Below, piece after piece: positions 12,841 to 27,529 of a DNA stretch of 64,000 bases. The notes beneath the pieces were generated by a model that saw only the letters and a list, made by a program, of their open reading frames with translations, made no database searches and was not told the origin of the DNA. This DNA is from Paraspadella gotoi (taxonomy: Eukaryota > Animalia > Chaetognatha). The stretch lies in the NCBI GenBank assembly GCA_051294375.1, contig CM119264.1:30529047-30593046 (forward strand), written 5' to 3'. The number at the start of each line of letters is the position of its first letter. Position 1 is the stretch's first letter. Position numbers and translations under genes: made by a program.

Positions 12841-15800
12841 GTCTCTCTCTCTCTCCTCTCTCCCCTCTCTCCTCTCTCTCTCAAGCTTAAAAAACAGGTT
12901 GGTAATGAATGTGAGGGAGGGGGTGGCGGGGCACGGGAAGTCAGAGTGGGATCGAGGTGTTGTTCACATATGAGAACCGGTTAGCGTACGAGCGGCGGGA
13001 TGGCGTTTTTGGTGGGGGTAGGCACCTACGACCGGTTTATGGCATCTCTTCGATTATTCAACCGCGAAAACGGAAAGGGAAGAGGAAAACGAGGAAAAAT
13101 TGGAGTCGTTGGAAGGCATTGGATGGGGAAAAGACAGAGACAAAGAGAGAGAGAAAGAGAGTAGGAAAACCCAGCAATTAATTATGACGTGTAAGTTTAA
13201 GACAAAATAGTGGTTTTTGCTTTTATTTAGTTTTGAAAAAGTTTTTAAATTTTTAAAATTGTGCCAAAAAGGTTTACCACGCACTAGCATTAAAAAAGTT
13301 TACTAACTAGAGTAAATTGGTAGTATTGTACAAACTTATTGAACAAAATATCTTAAACTTTTTCAATTCTTTTTGTCGCAACTTTAACAGAATTGGAGTT
13401 GCGCTTCTGTTATTCATCTCAATTTGGACTTTCTCAGATTCGAATCAAATTTGAATCATTCGCACGAGCAAAAACAAAAGAAAAAGAAAGAGTAAGAGAT
13501 AGTTTTCTCACTTTTCCCCGCTTGCGGGAGCGTTGGGTCGAGTCAAAAAACGTCATCCCTTTGAGGTGTTAAAACTTAAGACTCGAGCGAAAATGTGTGA
13601 TTCGGCCCTGTCACGCGCTTTGGCTACACACAAGTGGACACACGAAAGGCTCTCAAGCCAATGTCACAGGTCTTTAGATTGGGTTCTCGCGAGTAGAAAG
13701 AGACCGAAATTGTACTGTATTGTATAGTCTTGCAATTGCATTCCGATATGTGTGACACTAGTTCCGTCGTCCCAGTCAGGCCCTTGGCCATTCTTCACAC
13801 TTCGGCCCCCATAAAAATCTGTATTATATACTGAATGAGTACGAAAAGAATGATTATGTCTCTCTGTCTCTCTGCTGTCTCTCAATTAGTTCTCTTCGAC
13901 CTCTACTCATCCTCTCAATCTCTCCTCTCATTTTCTCTCTATCCTTCTCTCTCCTTCATTAGTTTCTTCTCTCTACCTTCTCTCTCTTCAGCGGTGACAT
14001 TTGAACAAACTTCTAAGCTTTCTCGGATCTCAGCAATTGATCAGATTAAGTCACTTGCATGAAGCTGGATCAAGGTTTCTCTCATAGAAGCGAGGTCGAA
14101 GCCGATTATTGTACTGCCCGTTGTTTCGAATAGTAACGCCTAATCGAGGGCGCACGGAGCAGGGATAGCATTTGTTTGAGGGTGACAATACGAAATTTAC
14201 GAAAACTCACCAAACCAGAAATGCGCCATCTCTCGGAAAAATTTAAGCAATTATCACAAGCATTCACTCACCTTAGTGAGCCAGAAAAGGAAATAATCAT
14301 AGATAGCAATGCGTAACCAAGCCTGATTATCATGCGCGTGATTGCATGTCTTATGCCTAACATACATGAAACTCACATTTAGGCACTCAATCGGTAATAC
14401 ACAGACCTAGAAATGCAAATTCTGCTAAGATTGCCTCGCCTTAAAACAATATATACCATTAAGGATTATTAATTAATTAAATTATTTTAGTACGTAACAC
14501 AAACTTAACCCGTAACATAATTCAAGTTTTTATATTATCGATTTGATACTCATTTTCCGGCCGGCGAGCCAATCCCCCGAAAAACGGTCAACAATCCTAA
14601 TCCCACGCGTTGCCAACTATTTTTCTCCATTATCTCCGTCATAATATTTTTTTTCCCATGAGCGTTTATTTAACATACCCTGGATTTGGCCTTATTTTTT
14701 TTCCCTATGAGCGTTATATACCGAATCCTGGATTTCGGCCTTTATGCTCCTTCGCTTCTTTGTCAAGATTTCCGAGCTTATCCTTTAATAAAGCTTCGAT
14801 AACGAAGAAAGGAACAACGGGGCGCGTACGGTGACGCACATAAAAGGGGTGGGTGTGGTAATCGGTTTCAGTGGTCCAGTTTATCCTCCCCCTCCCCCAC
14901 GTCCGCGAACCCGAGATGGCCCAATATTTCCCGTCATAACAACATCAGAGAAGGCGAAAGATCAGGCACGTGGCATTTTTTTTCCTTTTCGAAAGCGCGA
15001 AGTGAACATTCGCCGTGACACTAATAGCCCGTGACAACAACAACATAGAATTGCCGTGCCAGCGCCGTAACAATTTGCCGTGGCTTCGACGTGCATTCGT
15101 CGTGGGCATTACAGTTCTGCGTCATCTCTCTCTCGTCTCTCTCTCTCTCATCTATCTCTCTTCTCTCTCTCCTTCTCTCTCATCTCTCTCTCTCTTCTCT
15201 CTGCCTCTCTTCCTCTCCTTAACTAATCCGCCTTTTCCTTCCCATTCCCATTCTTTCTGTCTCTCGCTGGGTTGACATCACGCGCAATGTTTTTAATCAA
15301 CCTCGTTAGGCTTTTATACACAAACGGACGAAATGCAATTTATGGTCGTAAACTTTATTCGCTCCTTCTTCATCGCCGACGGAAAACTAGAAGTACCGAT
15401 GGCGTCATCGGCACCGTAGCGACGCGAGGAAGAAACCCCTGCAAACGTAGAATTCCCCAACCTACTCTCAACACAGTTAGTTCTGGGTTGGTCTGAGGTC
15501 AGCACTTGACTTCCAGCGGGATCTTCAATGAAATCTATGTACTCTTTTGGATGAGGAAATAAGAATATGAATAATAAACGAATATATACAGCGAGATGTA
15601 AAAAACGAATAATGTTTTATTTTGTAAAACTAATAAACAAAATTGAGAAAAGACTGGGCTGACGAATTTGCAACAAGTTTTCTTCCTCACAATTTGTGTT
15701 TGCGGTCAAATTTCTCATTTTTAGTCGCAATCGTTCAACTTTCCTCACCATTGGTCAGGTTTTTCAAACGGTGAAAAGTCTCTTCACAGTTTTGAGTCGC

Positions 15801-16914
15801 TCGATGGTGATTCTTCCCACATTTCTTTCTTTTTTTTTATCTCCAAAAAGAAAGAAAGAAAAGAAGAAACGGAAAAAGGAAGAAAGAATGGGAAGCGGCC
15901 AGCACGCCCACCCTCCGTCAGCGTCTGGTTTCTGCGTCTCCTTTCGATTCTCTCCAGGTCCTATGTTTTTTCCATGTTCGCCTTTCTCCGCCTTGTCCCA
16001 TCACGCAAGCCCTAACCATGTTCTAACCTGATGCAAAGTCTGTTTTTTCATTCATTGAAAAGGGTCGAGCACAGTTTCGTCGAACAGCTGACTACGATAA
16101 GCAAAACGAGCATCGCCGAACGAGAAGAGCTAATACATGACTCCAGGATAGTGTCACCCGGAGATCATCCCGACATCTCTACCTGCACACTCGCCTTACC
16201 TACCCCATCTCCCTCCCTTATCCAATCCCCTCACCTATCCAATCCCCTTCCCTATCCAATCCCCTCCTCTATCCTTACCTACCCATCTCCACCCCCTCCC
16301 ATCACTTTCTTCCAAAATCCCCACAAACGCCACGCCGTCCAATCTCGGATGAACCATTTCTCACGCTACCGACGCAACCAGATTAATTGCAAATTCGCCG
16401 CGAATTGTCCACATCTGACAGAAAACAAAAAAAGAACAAGAAAACGAGGCGGCGGGTCTGCGGCGGTCCGGCGGCGGTCGCGCGCGGTCCGCGGCGGTCC
16501 GCGGCGGTCCCGCGGCGGTCCGCGGCGGTCCGCGGCGGTCCCGCGGCGGTCCGCGGTGCGGCGGCCAGCGGCCTTCTCCAGGCGTCTGCTCGTCCCTGAC
16601 CCTCGCGATCAGGCGGAGGTGGGGAATGGATAGGGGGGCGAGAGAGCCGTGTTCGGCGCACCGACCCGGTTTTTCTGCCTTCCGCCGCTCTTCCGCGGGT
16701 ATATACATCTCTGCGGATGAAAAGAAACGAGGAGGAGAAAGAGAAGTTTCGTTGTCGTCGTTCGTCGTCGTTCGTCGTTCGTGTGCTCGTCGCTTGGGCA
16801 ATGCGAGATCACCGAAAGAACATGCGACCTTGCCTTCATGCCACTGTCCATCAGAAACGTACCCCGGAATATCCTCATTCCTTCAGTACGGTCGCATCGG
16901 CTTGTTTTTTTTTT

Positions 16915-17020
16915 TTACGCATTGGCTTAAATTCGCCAAGGGGAATGGCCAATTCTCTAATTCCCTCATTCTTATTGGCTAACTCTTTTCATTGGCTAAG
17001 TCATCCCAAAATGCCCACTT
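16915..17020. promoter_or_regulatory. Cluster of CCAAT boxes plus a ZNF143/Staf-like TCCCAAAATGC motif
   Basis: ATTGG three times and CCAAT once within about 80 bp, then TCATCCCAAAATGCCC, next to a GC-rich segment. Confidence 0.3.
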
Positions 17021-19077
17021 TCTGAGAACCGAATGAGTTTGCGTTGTCCTACTTTGTGGCAACCACCTTCCAGATTGCGTCTGGATTTAGGAACCCTCCT
17101 CTAATCCAAAAAAAAAATCATTCAGTGGAAATAGAAATTTAAGAATGTATAGAATTGGAAGGTGGAAGAAAAAGAGGAGAAAAGTAGAATAGGAAGAGAG
17201 ATCTAGGAAAATAGAAGGGAAAGACTAAGAAGGAGAAAATTAAGAAATGAGAGGCATGAAAACATCGAGAGGAAATAGAAAAATGGAGTAGATAAGGTTA
17301 ATGGAGAGTTAGTATGGGAAATGGGCTGGGAAGAGAGAGAGAGAGAGAAAACAGAGAGAGAGAGAGAGAGAGGTGGGGAAGAGGCAAAAAAGGAAAAAAA
17401 AATTTGAGGCAAACAAAAAGTCAAGGGGATGAAATAAAAAGAAAGAAAGAGAAGAAAGAAGAGAGAAAGAAAGAGAAAGAAAGAAAAGAAAAAAAGAAAA
17501 GAAAGAAGAAAGAAAAGAAAAAAGAAGAAAGACAGATAGACCCAACACAAAGGACAGATTTATTTGTATTCTTGGATTAACGATTTCTCTTCTTCGACGG
17601 TCCAAGATTCGATGCGAAAGAAAACAAAAAACAAGGCAAAACGAAACATCGAAAATCTGTTTCCGCCTGGAGACGAAAACAGACGCGAGGAAAGACGCCA
17701 CACTTTCGCGCGAAAGGGGGCGGGTGGGCGTGGCAGACCCTTTTGTTTTGCGGGAGGAATTCCGCGTGACAAATTATAAATGAGCGATCTATAATTGAAA
17801 GTAAAGAAGAAAAAAATATTTTTCTGTTGATTGAATAAAGTTGGGAGTTAAAAATATTTGAAGAAGATAAAGAATCGATTTAAGGAGGTTTTAGGCCGAT
17901 AAATATTTAGGAGTAATGATTTGAAATGAATGTATATAAATGTATATTGTAACCAGTTTAAGGAGCTTTTTTTTATTATTTAGGGTTTATTTATTTATTT
18001 TTGTTTAATAATATTATTTACTTTGTAATTGAGAGATGTAGATGATGAAGTTTAAGGTGACTTAAATTTCGCATAATTAACACATAATTGTTTTAATTAA
18101 TGAAAAAATAATAATACCCCAAAATAATTAGGATAATCCTCAGAGGAATAAATTATCCAACTGCCCTCCAACCCCGTAACACAATTCCCTTTGCTCGATC
18201 TTTAACAAGTCCCCCTTCTTTCTCTTTCCAGCTTCAACGCCAACCATCTTTCAGTCGCCGATTTTTGGCGGGGAAAAGTCGTCGTCGTTTCTTTCAATCG
18301 TCAAAAAGACAGAAAGCAAGACGTCCGGTCCGCAACCGGTCTGACCCACACGACAAGGTGGCTGCATCACATGAGAGGGTGGGGTCCCGCATTTAACTAT
18401 AGGTGGAGTCTGAAGGACCCTCGAATGCGAGTTGGTACTTTAGCATTGAGTCTCTACTGCAAGGTTGGTCTTAGTCTAGGAATGATGCAGTTTTATAATG
18501 CATCCCTCTCTCTCTCCCCCTCTCCCTCTCTCCCCTTCTCCCTCTCTCTCGTCTCCCTCTCTCTCTTCCTCCTTCTCTCCTCTCTCTCCTCTCTCTCTTC
18601 TCTCTCTCAGGTCAAAAATTCGCCTTCATTTTCCTTTTTAGTCGGTGCCTGTCATCTTCAGTCAGTTTTGACCTTCGAACCTCAATTGTTCACTTGTTTC
18701 GATTGTCCTTTTCTTTTTTTTCTCAAGTTGAAGGAAGAAACTTGATAACAAAAAAAGGGATTTGCCATGGTAATAGCATATTCTCAGATTCATAAAATTA
18801 AATTCGTTCTTATACTAAACTTTATTTAAATAGTTAAAAATCGAAAGCATGCATCTAAAAATGTAATATCATTGCTTTCAAAGCAAAATATATACTTTAA
18901 ATCCTATTCTTATTTTTACCGAAATTAAAAAAAATATAATTTAAAATCCGTTCGAATAGAAAATCACTCAACTTTATTTCATCATCGAATTTAATTCTGA
19001 AATGAAATTGCTAAATCTTGCAAATCTGTTCAAGCCTCCTCTCTCTCTCTCTTCGTGGTCTCTTCTCTCTCTCTTTT

Positions 19078-19147
<70 letters not shown>

Positions 19148-19445
19148 ACGACTAAATTGACTCACTTTAATAAAGCTCCAAAACCATTAAAGTCGTACAA
19201 ACTAGAGTTGAGAACGCCCCCGAGAGGAGAGAGAGAGAGAGAGAGAGAAGATGAGAGCAGAGAGAGAGAGAGGAGAGAGAGAGAAGAGACGGAGAGGGGG
19301 ATTAAAAGAGAGAAAAATGAAAATTGTTTTCCATTTTTCCTCGCATTCCTTCCATTTTTCAGATTAATATCGGTTCACAGTTCTGGACTCAATCGTCAGT
19401 TTATCCTTTAAAATCCAGTTATCTTCCACGCGCCCGATGAATCTC

Positions 19446-19478
<33 letters not shown>

Positions 19479-19654
19479 TCTCTCTCTCTCCACGCACATT
19501 ACATCCAGCTATAGCCTGAGAAATCCAGCAACAGTCACTAAGTTACCTCTTCGCGTTTCCATCGGACTTTGTTTCCATTCCTGAATGATTTTTCATTAAA
19601 TGGAAATTCGAATGATGTTCCTTTTTCTCTATTTTTCCCTCTCTCTCTCTCTCT

Positions 19655-19717
<63 letters not shown>

Positions 19718-20764
19718 AGATGCAAATGAATAGAGGCCAGCATCGAGTAAAAAGAAAAGGATTTATTGTTACTCTAATAATAAGAATCGGGTTTTCGGCG
19801 TGCGGGTTTAGCGAGAATGGCGGTGACAGGCGAGGCGGCACCCTGTAGGCGTAACGGCCCGGCACCGTGCGGGTTACGGGTGACGCTAAGAAAAAATAGG
19901 CGGCGCTGCAGAGTTTAATTTGCGGCGCTGCTTTGCGAAAATGGGCTAAATCGTGGAGGTTAAGGGCGGCGCTGCTCGGCAAACGACGGCGCTGCTAGGT
20001 GCGTTCTTAGCAGGATGGCAGGCAGCGCGGATGTTTTTCCTTACGCAATGACGATTCACTTTCTTCCAAATGAGTCTAACTCAATTATTAAATCTCCATT
20101 TAATTTTAATTTTTACTTTAATAACTGAAAATTAAAATTCCCTTCATCGAAATGTCAAAATTTTCACTTGAATTAACTTCGGCCTCTCACTTTTCTCTCT
20201 CTTCAACTTAGACCCCTACCCCTACCTTTCACCAAAATGGCGTCACCACCATCTCACCGCTACATCGACACCGACGACCATCCTTTAACCACCCCATTTT
20301 CACCACCCATTAACACATTTTAACCACCATTTCTTTTCTCAGATCCCAACTCAAAAAAAAAACCTCTGTTCATTTACGGTTAGGTTTTTGCTTCGTTGAT
20401 TTTTGATTTTCTAATTTAAATTTTTTTTTAACTTTTTTTCTTATTTGGTTTTCGAGTAGAAACTATTTTTTAAAAAGAAAAAATGTTGAACTATTTTTAA
20501 AATTTTTAATTTTTACTTTCAATCTTTTTGTAAAACCGCACACGCCATGAATTTAATACATGCATTTAATAGAAAAAGATACATGGAACTTAATCAAAAG
20601 ACGAGAAGCCTGAACCGGAACAAAACCATAATTAACTTACTTTCTCAAATTTAAGTTCAATTATTTCGATTGTTAATGCGGCTTAACAATTTTCCTCCGG
20701 CCTTTCATTACTAAGACGGAAGTGATCTAGTTTGTGGTCTCTCTCTCTCTCTCTCTCTCTCTCC

Positions 20765-20819
<55 letters not shown>

Positions 20820-20868
20820 TTCCAATATAGCCAAGCCCGTTTCCTTGATACAATTCAAAATTAAATTC

Positions 20869-20939
<71 letters not shown>

Positions 20940-22007
20940 GATATAAAATTACAATTGAAAAAATCGAAATTTTTAATTACTAAAAAAATTACAAAATTAC
21001 AATATTACAACAATTACAAAATCAAAGTTCGTTGAAAAGTTTTCTCATTTTTTCGCCAGCGAAGTGAAGCGTCTGATGTTTTTCCCCTAACAATTGTCTC
21101 TCGCAAAAAAATCTTTTTTTAAAACAATAGGGAAAGGCGAACGCGCGGCTAAATCATCTTTAACTCACCTACATTATCTAAAATCCTTTATCGTTATTCC
21201 ATCTCCAACCCCATCTTCTTCAGATGACATCTGTTTCATATTCTCTCCCCGCCGCCTCTTTCTTCGCCCCCCTCGCCTCCGCCAAAAACTCACCCTTGAC
21301 GCTAACGCCTCTACCGAGAATGACGTGTCCCGCCTTCCGTCCTCTCGCCCGCGCGCGCCCCGCCGTCATAAGATCACGTGTCAAATACTTACTCCGTGGA
21401 TATTCCGAAGTCTAACATCCGGGCCTCGCTTATATGGGCGGTAAGGTGGAGGGAGAGGAGGGAGGAGAGAGACGTGGGGGAGGGAGAGAGAGAAGAGGAA
21501 AGCAGAAGGGATGGAGAGCGATGGAGGAGAGCCGGAGATGGAGAGAAAGTGAAAGAGAGAGTAGATAGAGAGAGGCGTGCGGAGAAGAGAGAGAAGAGGG
21601 AGACAGGAAAGAACGAAAGAAAGAGAGCATACACAGAGGGAAGAGAAGGGGACGATGCCGAGCGGGAAACGAAAAGGGACAAAAATGCATTTCTAGTAAA
21701 TGTTGTCAAAAAGCGAACCGAAATTAATAATTGAAAATTTCTCAGCCTGAAATGGGATCCATGTTGCTTGAAGAGGAGAGGAGAAAAGGAGGAAGAGGAA
21801 GAGGGAGGAGGGGTGGAGAGAAAGGAGAGGTGAGCAGAATTGGGTCGGGTAAGAAAAGCCGGTCTCTGGTTTTGATTGGAGAAGATGACTGATGAAATTC
21901 TCGATGAGAACAGATAGATCTTTTGCATTAATAGGAGAGGTGCAGAGAGAGGAGAGAGAGAGGGAGAGAAGGAGAGAGAGAGAGAGAGAGCGAGAGTGAT
22001 GAGAGAG

Positions 22008-22045
<38 letters not shown>

Positions 22046-22118
22046 TATGACGAGGGAGACTTCAACACCTCTAATGGAGGACGTCTGGTGAGACGTGCGA
22101 TAGAAATGTTCATCTTCT

Positions 22119-22149
<31 letters not shown>

Positions 22150-22194
22150 CGAGAGAGAAGGAGAGCAGANNNNNNNNNNNNNNNNNNNNNNNNN

Positions 22195-22350
22195 GACGCC
22201 GTCCGACGCCGTCAGCCATTTTCGGCGCCGGCGGCTTCGTCTTTTAGCGCCGTGACAATCGCGTCGTGACAATCACCCCTTGACATGGACGCCGTGACAA
22301 TGACGCCGTGACAATGACGCCGAGACAATGACGCCGTGACAATTGCGCCG
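22195..22350. repeat. 14-bp tandem repeat (GACGCCGTGACAAT)n, resembling DNA-transposon subterminal repeats
   Basis: About 7 variably degenerate copies seen directly after a 25-N gap. Confidence 0.75.
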
Positions 22351-22860
22351 CTCTGATTCCGGTGCCATTTGGAAGCTCCGGCCGTTTATTGTTTATTATT
22401 TATTCCTGGTTTATTTATTTATATTTATCTATATGCAAATGAGATTGATGAATTCAATCTCATAATTCTAATTTTGAAAATTTCTAAGAATCTATCTCTT
22501 ACACATTTATTCGCTCATTTTTGTCATCATCCATTGTTTACTGTCTTGTTGTGTTTTTGTTTTTTGTTTTTTACGGTTTATTGTTTATTCTTAATATTTA
22601 TCGTTTAGCATTAAAGGCTTATTGTTTAATAATAATTATTTTTTTAAGGAATTATTGTTTATCGTTTATTGTTCAATGTTTAATATTTATTATTAATGTT
22701 TATTCGCTTCTTTTTCTATTTTTCATTTTTTTGTTGTTTTTTTTTTCGTCTGTTCATATTTTCTCGTGTCTCAGATTCTGTCAGTTCTTCAATTTTTTTT
22801 GTGGATCTTCCATTAACACGTTTGTCGCCTGGAATTGTTTTCTCCTTTGTTTTTGTTTGT

Positions 22861-22916
<56 letters not shown>

Positions 22917-22997
22917 TTGCTATCGATTTCCATTTAACTTCGCCCTGTGACGCGGATTCACAGACCCGCAAAATCACAGATTCAGGCAACTTGAATT

Positions 22998-23085
<88 letters not shown>

Positions 23086-23432
23086 ATCGACAACCGGACG
23101 AGACTCGTTTAGACTTTTTTCTTTCGTTTTTTCGATAAAAAAAAACGAATAAAAAAAAGAGAAAAATACTTTTTTTTCCTTTTTTATTCTTTTCCCTTTC
23201 TTAACTCAATTTTTTTCTTTATAATTATAATTTTTTTTCACTTCCCTCTCCTCTTCCCAAACTATCTAAACGTCAGCTTCTCTCTATTTTCCACCTCTCT
23301 CTCTTTTCTCTCTTTTTCTTCTTTCTATCTTCTATCCTTCTTTTTTCTTAGCTCTTTTCTTCACGACCCGACTTTTCCTCTCTCGCCCCTTCTACTTCTC
23401 TGCCTTCTCCAAGAAAAAGTGTGCAAAATAAC

Positions 23433-23466
<34 letters not shown>

Positions 23467-25558
23467 NNNNNNNNNNNNNNNNNNNNNNNNNNNNNNNNNN
23501 NNNNNNNNNNNNNNNNNNNNNNNNNNNNNNNNNNNNNNNNNNNNNNNNNNNNNNNNNNNNNNNNNNNNNNNNNNNNNNNNNNNNNNNNNNNNNNNNNNNN
23601 NNNNNNNNNNNNNNNNNNNNNNNNNNNNNNNNNNNNNNNNNNNNNNNNNNNNNNNNNNNNNNNNNNNNNNNNNNNNNNNNNNNNNNNNNNNNNNNNNNNN
23701 NNNNNNNNNNNNNNNNNNNNNNNNNNNNNNNNNNNNNNNNNNNNNNNNNNNNNNNNNNNNNNNNNNNNNNNNNNNNNACTGAGAAAGCTTGTATAGAGAA
23801 ACCTCCAGGTTAAACTCCCGCTCTTCTCCGGACCCGCCGCCGCCGCCGCCTCCGCCGCCGCCACCGCCGCCGCCGCCGCCACCGCCTCCCGTCAAAACTA
23901 ATCTCTCCCCTTTTTTCTTTTCTCTTTGTTCATTTTTTTTGGCTTCGAAATCATTTTTTTTTCTCGTGATTTTCATTCGATCTTCCATTTTCCTCTCAGA
24001 AACAATCATTGCGGGATGATGACGACGACGATGAAGACGACGACGACGATGAAGACGAAGACGATGAAGAAGAAAACAATGATTGGATGAATTTTCAGTG
24101 AGAATTGAAATAGAAAAACTTTATTTAAAATCGGAAATACAAAAAAATCTTATTCGATGGATCACTGTGTCGTGTCGAAATAAAGTCCACTGTAGACTTA
24201 AAATGTATTAAAATATTTGACTGAAAGAAAAAAAATGTTCAATAACTGAAACTGACATTTTCGATGACATATATTCATTGATACTGATATTGACATAAGC
24301 ACTACGTCATTAGTTTTCCACGCTTAAATTATAATAAGCTTTGTAAAGTCAGTCTGAAATGCAGTAGAGCTCTCGAAAAATATGATTTGAGTAAATTTAT
24401 GATAATAATTTTCTGCGATATAGTATGATTAATTGATTATTTATATTTATTATTCATAATTAATTGATTTCGAGTACAAAAAATATTTTGTTTTGATTGT
24501 TTCAGGAACAGGAACGAAAAATGTAATATATTAATAGTATTATCCTTATAAAATAAGAAATTTTAAAAATAATTTTTATTAAAGATTCAGATCCCTCNNN
24601 NNNNNNNNNNNNNNNNNNNNNNNNNNNNNNNNNNNNNNNNNNNNNNNNNNNNNNNNNNNNNNNNNNNNNNNNNNNNNNNNNNNNNNNNNNNNNNNNNNNN
24701 NNNNNNNNNNNNNNNNNNNNNNNNNNNNNNNNNNNNNNNNNNNNNNNNNNNNNNNNNNNNNTCAAAATTCTCTACTTTTTCACTTTCTGTATTATAAACT
24801 ATTTTATTATATAATATTATATTAAAACGATTTTGTTATTTTAACAAATCTGTCAACGCTGAAGAAGGCTTGTATTCAAAGACGAAACATGTCCGTTTCT
24901 AAACTGAAATAAAACAAATCGTNNNNNNNNNNNNNNNNNNNNNNNNNNNNNNNNNNNNNNNNNNNNNNNNNNNNNNNNNNNNNNNNNNNNNNNNNNNNNN
25001 NNNNNNNNNNNNNNNNNNNNNNNNNNNNNNNNNNNNNNNNNNNNNNNNNNNNNNNNNNNNNNNNNNNNNNNNNNNNNNNNNNNNNNNNNNNNNNNNNNNN
25101 NNNNNNNNNNNNNNNNNNNNNNNNNNNNNNNNNNNNNNNNNCTCAAATATAATACAATTTGCGCTAAAATAATTTTCTAAATGTCAGGATTTTTCTAAAT
25201 TACATATACAGAGGATGCAAAAAAATATTGTGAACTCGCTTAACCTTTTCATCACTTCATCCTCCTCTCTCACGTGATCAATTCATTACGTCAATTATAA
25301 TTTCTAAATTTCAGTTAATACAGTATTAACTGAAATTTATTAAATACTGTAATAACTTCCTAAAATCCCACCTAAATGCCGAATCATGCATTAATGCTTA
25401 ACTTCATGGCATCGATGCCTCAATACTAAAATTCGAGAGGCCATGCTTGAACGAATCCTTTTTGCCTAGCAACGACAAATAACAACAACAACAACAACGT
25501 CGTCGTCAATGACGACGCCAGAGACGACATAGACAAAGTCTTCTGCCTTCCCCAAGTA

Positions 25559-25716
<158 letters not shown>

Positions 25717-25799
25717 CCCCCATTTCGCCTGTTCATCTGTCTTTCCAGAGTCTTTTCTATTCTATTTCCTTTCCTTTCAGCGACGAAATGAAATATCGC

Positions 25800-25842
<43 letters not shown>

Positions 25843-25925
25843 AATGAAAAATCAATACGTTTTCTGATTTCGTTTCAGGAAGAAAACGGAAATAAAACGA
25901 TTGTCACAATCATTCATTCATTCAC

Positions 25926-25960
<35 letters not shown>

Positions 25961-27529
25961 TTNNNNNNNNNNNNNNNNNNNNNNNNNNNNNNNNNNNNNN
26001 NNNNNNNNNNNNNNNNNNNNNNNNNNNNNNNNNNNNNNNNNNNNNNNNNNNNNNNNNNNNNNNNNNNNNNNNNNNNNNNNNNNNNNNNNNNNNNNNNNNN
26101 NNNNNNNNNNNNNNNNNNNNNNNNNNNNNNNNNNNNNNNNNNNNNNNNNNNNNNNNNNNNNNNNNNNNNNNNNNNNNNNNNNNNNNNNNNNNNNNNNNNN
26201 NNNNNNNNNNNNNNNNNNNNNNNNNNNNNNNNNNNNNNNNNNNNNNNNNNNNNNNNNNNNNNNNNNNNNNNNNNNNNNNNNNNNNNNNNNNNNNNNNNNN
26301 NNNNNNNNNNNNNNNNNNNNNNNNNNNNNNNNNNNNNNNNNNNNNNGGGGAGGAGGAGGAAGAGGAGGGAATGTTACAAAATTGATAACAGTTAAGATTT
26401 AAGAACCAACAAGGAAATTACATTTTGAAGAGACATCATATGCACAGGTGAGTTAAATTAAGATAAGACAATTTTTTTGTGGTATTTACAAGTGCAGTTT
26501 CTTTATTTTAAAAAAAAATTGAACTTGTAAATCCCACGAAAAATTGTCTTATCTCAACTAAGAATTTATATGGATGCATTTTTGAATAAAAGATTCTAAA
26601 TTTAAAACTTGAAAACTTGAGGACTGAAGCACATTGTTAAGTTATAATTTAATAGTTATTTGAAATTAAAGACAAAGTCTTGATACAGCAACNNNNNNNN
26701 NNNNNNNNNNNNNNNNNNNNNNNNNNNNNNNNNNNNNNNNNNNNNNNNNNNNNNNNNNNNNNNNNNNNNNNNNNNNNNNNNNNNNNNNNNNNNNNNNNNN
26801 NNNNNNNNNNNNNNNNNNNNNNNNNNNNNNNNNNNNNNNNNNNNNNNNNNNNNNNNNNNNNNNNNNNNNNNNNNNNNNNNNNNNNTTTATATTTAAAAAA
26901 ATTTGAAAAAAATTATCAGTTTTATTAGATTTACAAAATTTAGAAGATTAAATCACAAAAGTATAAAATCAGTTTCAACAATAAAAAAATTAAAATGCAG
27001 TAATTTTAAAAAAAAGTATTTAAAACCTAAAAATCTGAAGCTTAACTTATCACGTTTGGCGAAAAAAAGATTTAAAAAAGATTTTTTGGCGCGAAGATTT
27101 GAAAAAAGGTAAGTCAGGAAGGATTTAAAGGCGAAAGAGAGAATCGCGTGGGAAGGAATCAGAGGAAAAACGGCGGGAAACTTGAGAGGTGAGGTCACGG
27201 CCGAAGTCATGGTGAGAGAAAGTGAGGCTTAGTGAGTTCAGAGACGAAATCTCTTTTCCTTATCTCTCTTTTTTTTCTGGGGTTTTTNNNNNNNNNNNNN
27301 NNNNNNNNNNNNNNNNNNNNNNNNNNNNNNNNNNNNNNNNNNNNNNNNNNNNNNNNNNNNNNNNNNNNNNNNNNNNNNNNNNNNNNNNNNNNNNNNNNNN
27401 NNNNNNNNNNNNNNNNNNNNNNNNNNNNNNNNNNNNNNNNNNNNNNNNNNNNNNNNNNNNNNNNNNNNNNNNNNNNNNNNNNNNNNNNNNNNNNNNNNNN
27501 NNNNNNNNNNNNNNNNNNNNNNNNNNNNN

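Larger units (their letters stand above)
1..16550. repeat. Giant inverted duplication (palindrome); arms about 1-7960 and 8191-16550, left arm probably continuing outside the window
   Basis: Reverse-complement matches throughout, e.g. 80-130 vs 16400-16450, the LINE at 5401-7590 vs 8561-10768, and 7830-7960 vs 8191-8330. Differences are mostly 1-bp indels plus a few poorly matching bursts (12896-13030, 13800-14540, 16060-16150). Confidence 0.95.

Noticed and set aside
12896-13030. Arm-specific insertion in the first palindrome
   Set aside because: It has no TSD or element features and is more simply explained as a low-quality read burst, like 13800-14540.
23779-24075. Poly-Gly/poly-Pro and poly-Asp/Ser frames as further exons of the Ig gene
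   Set aside because: They are driven by trinucleotide repeats, with no phase-compatible splice sites or transmembrane exon that I could support.
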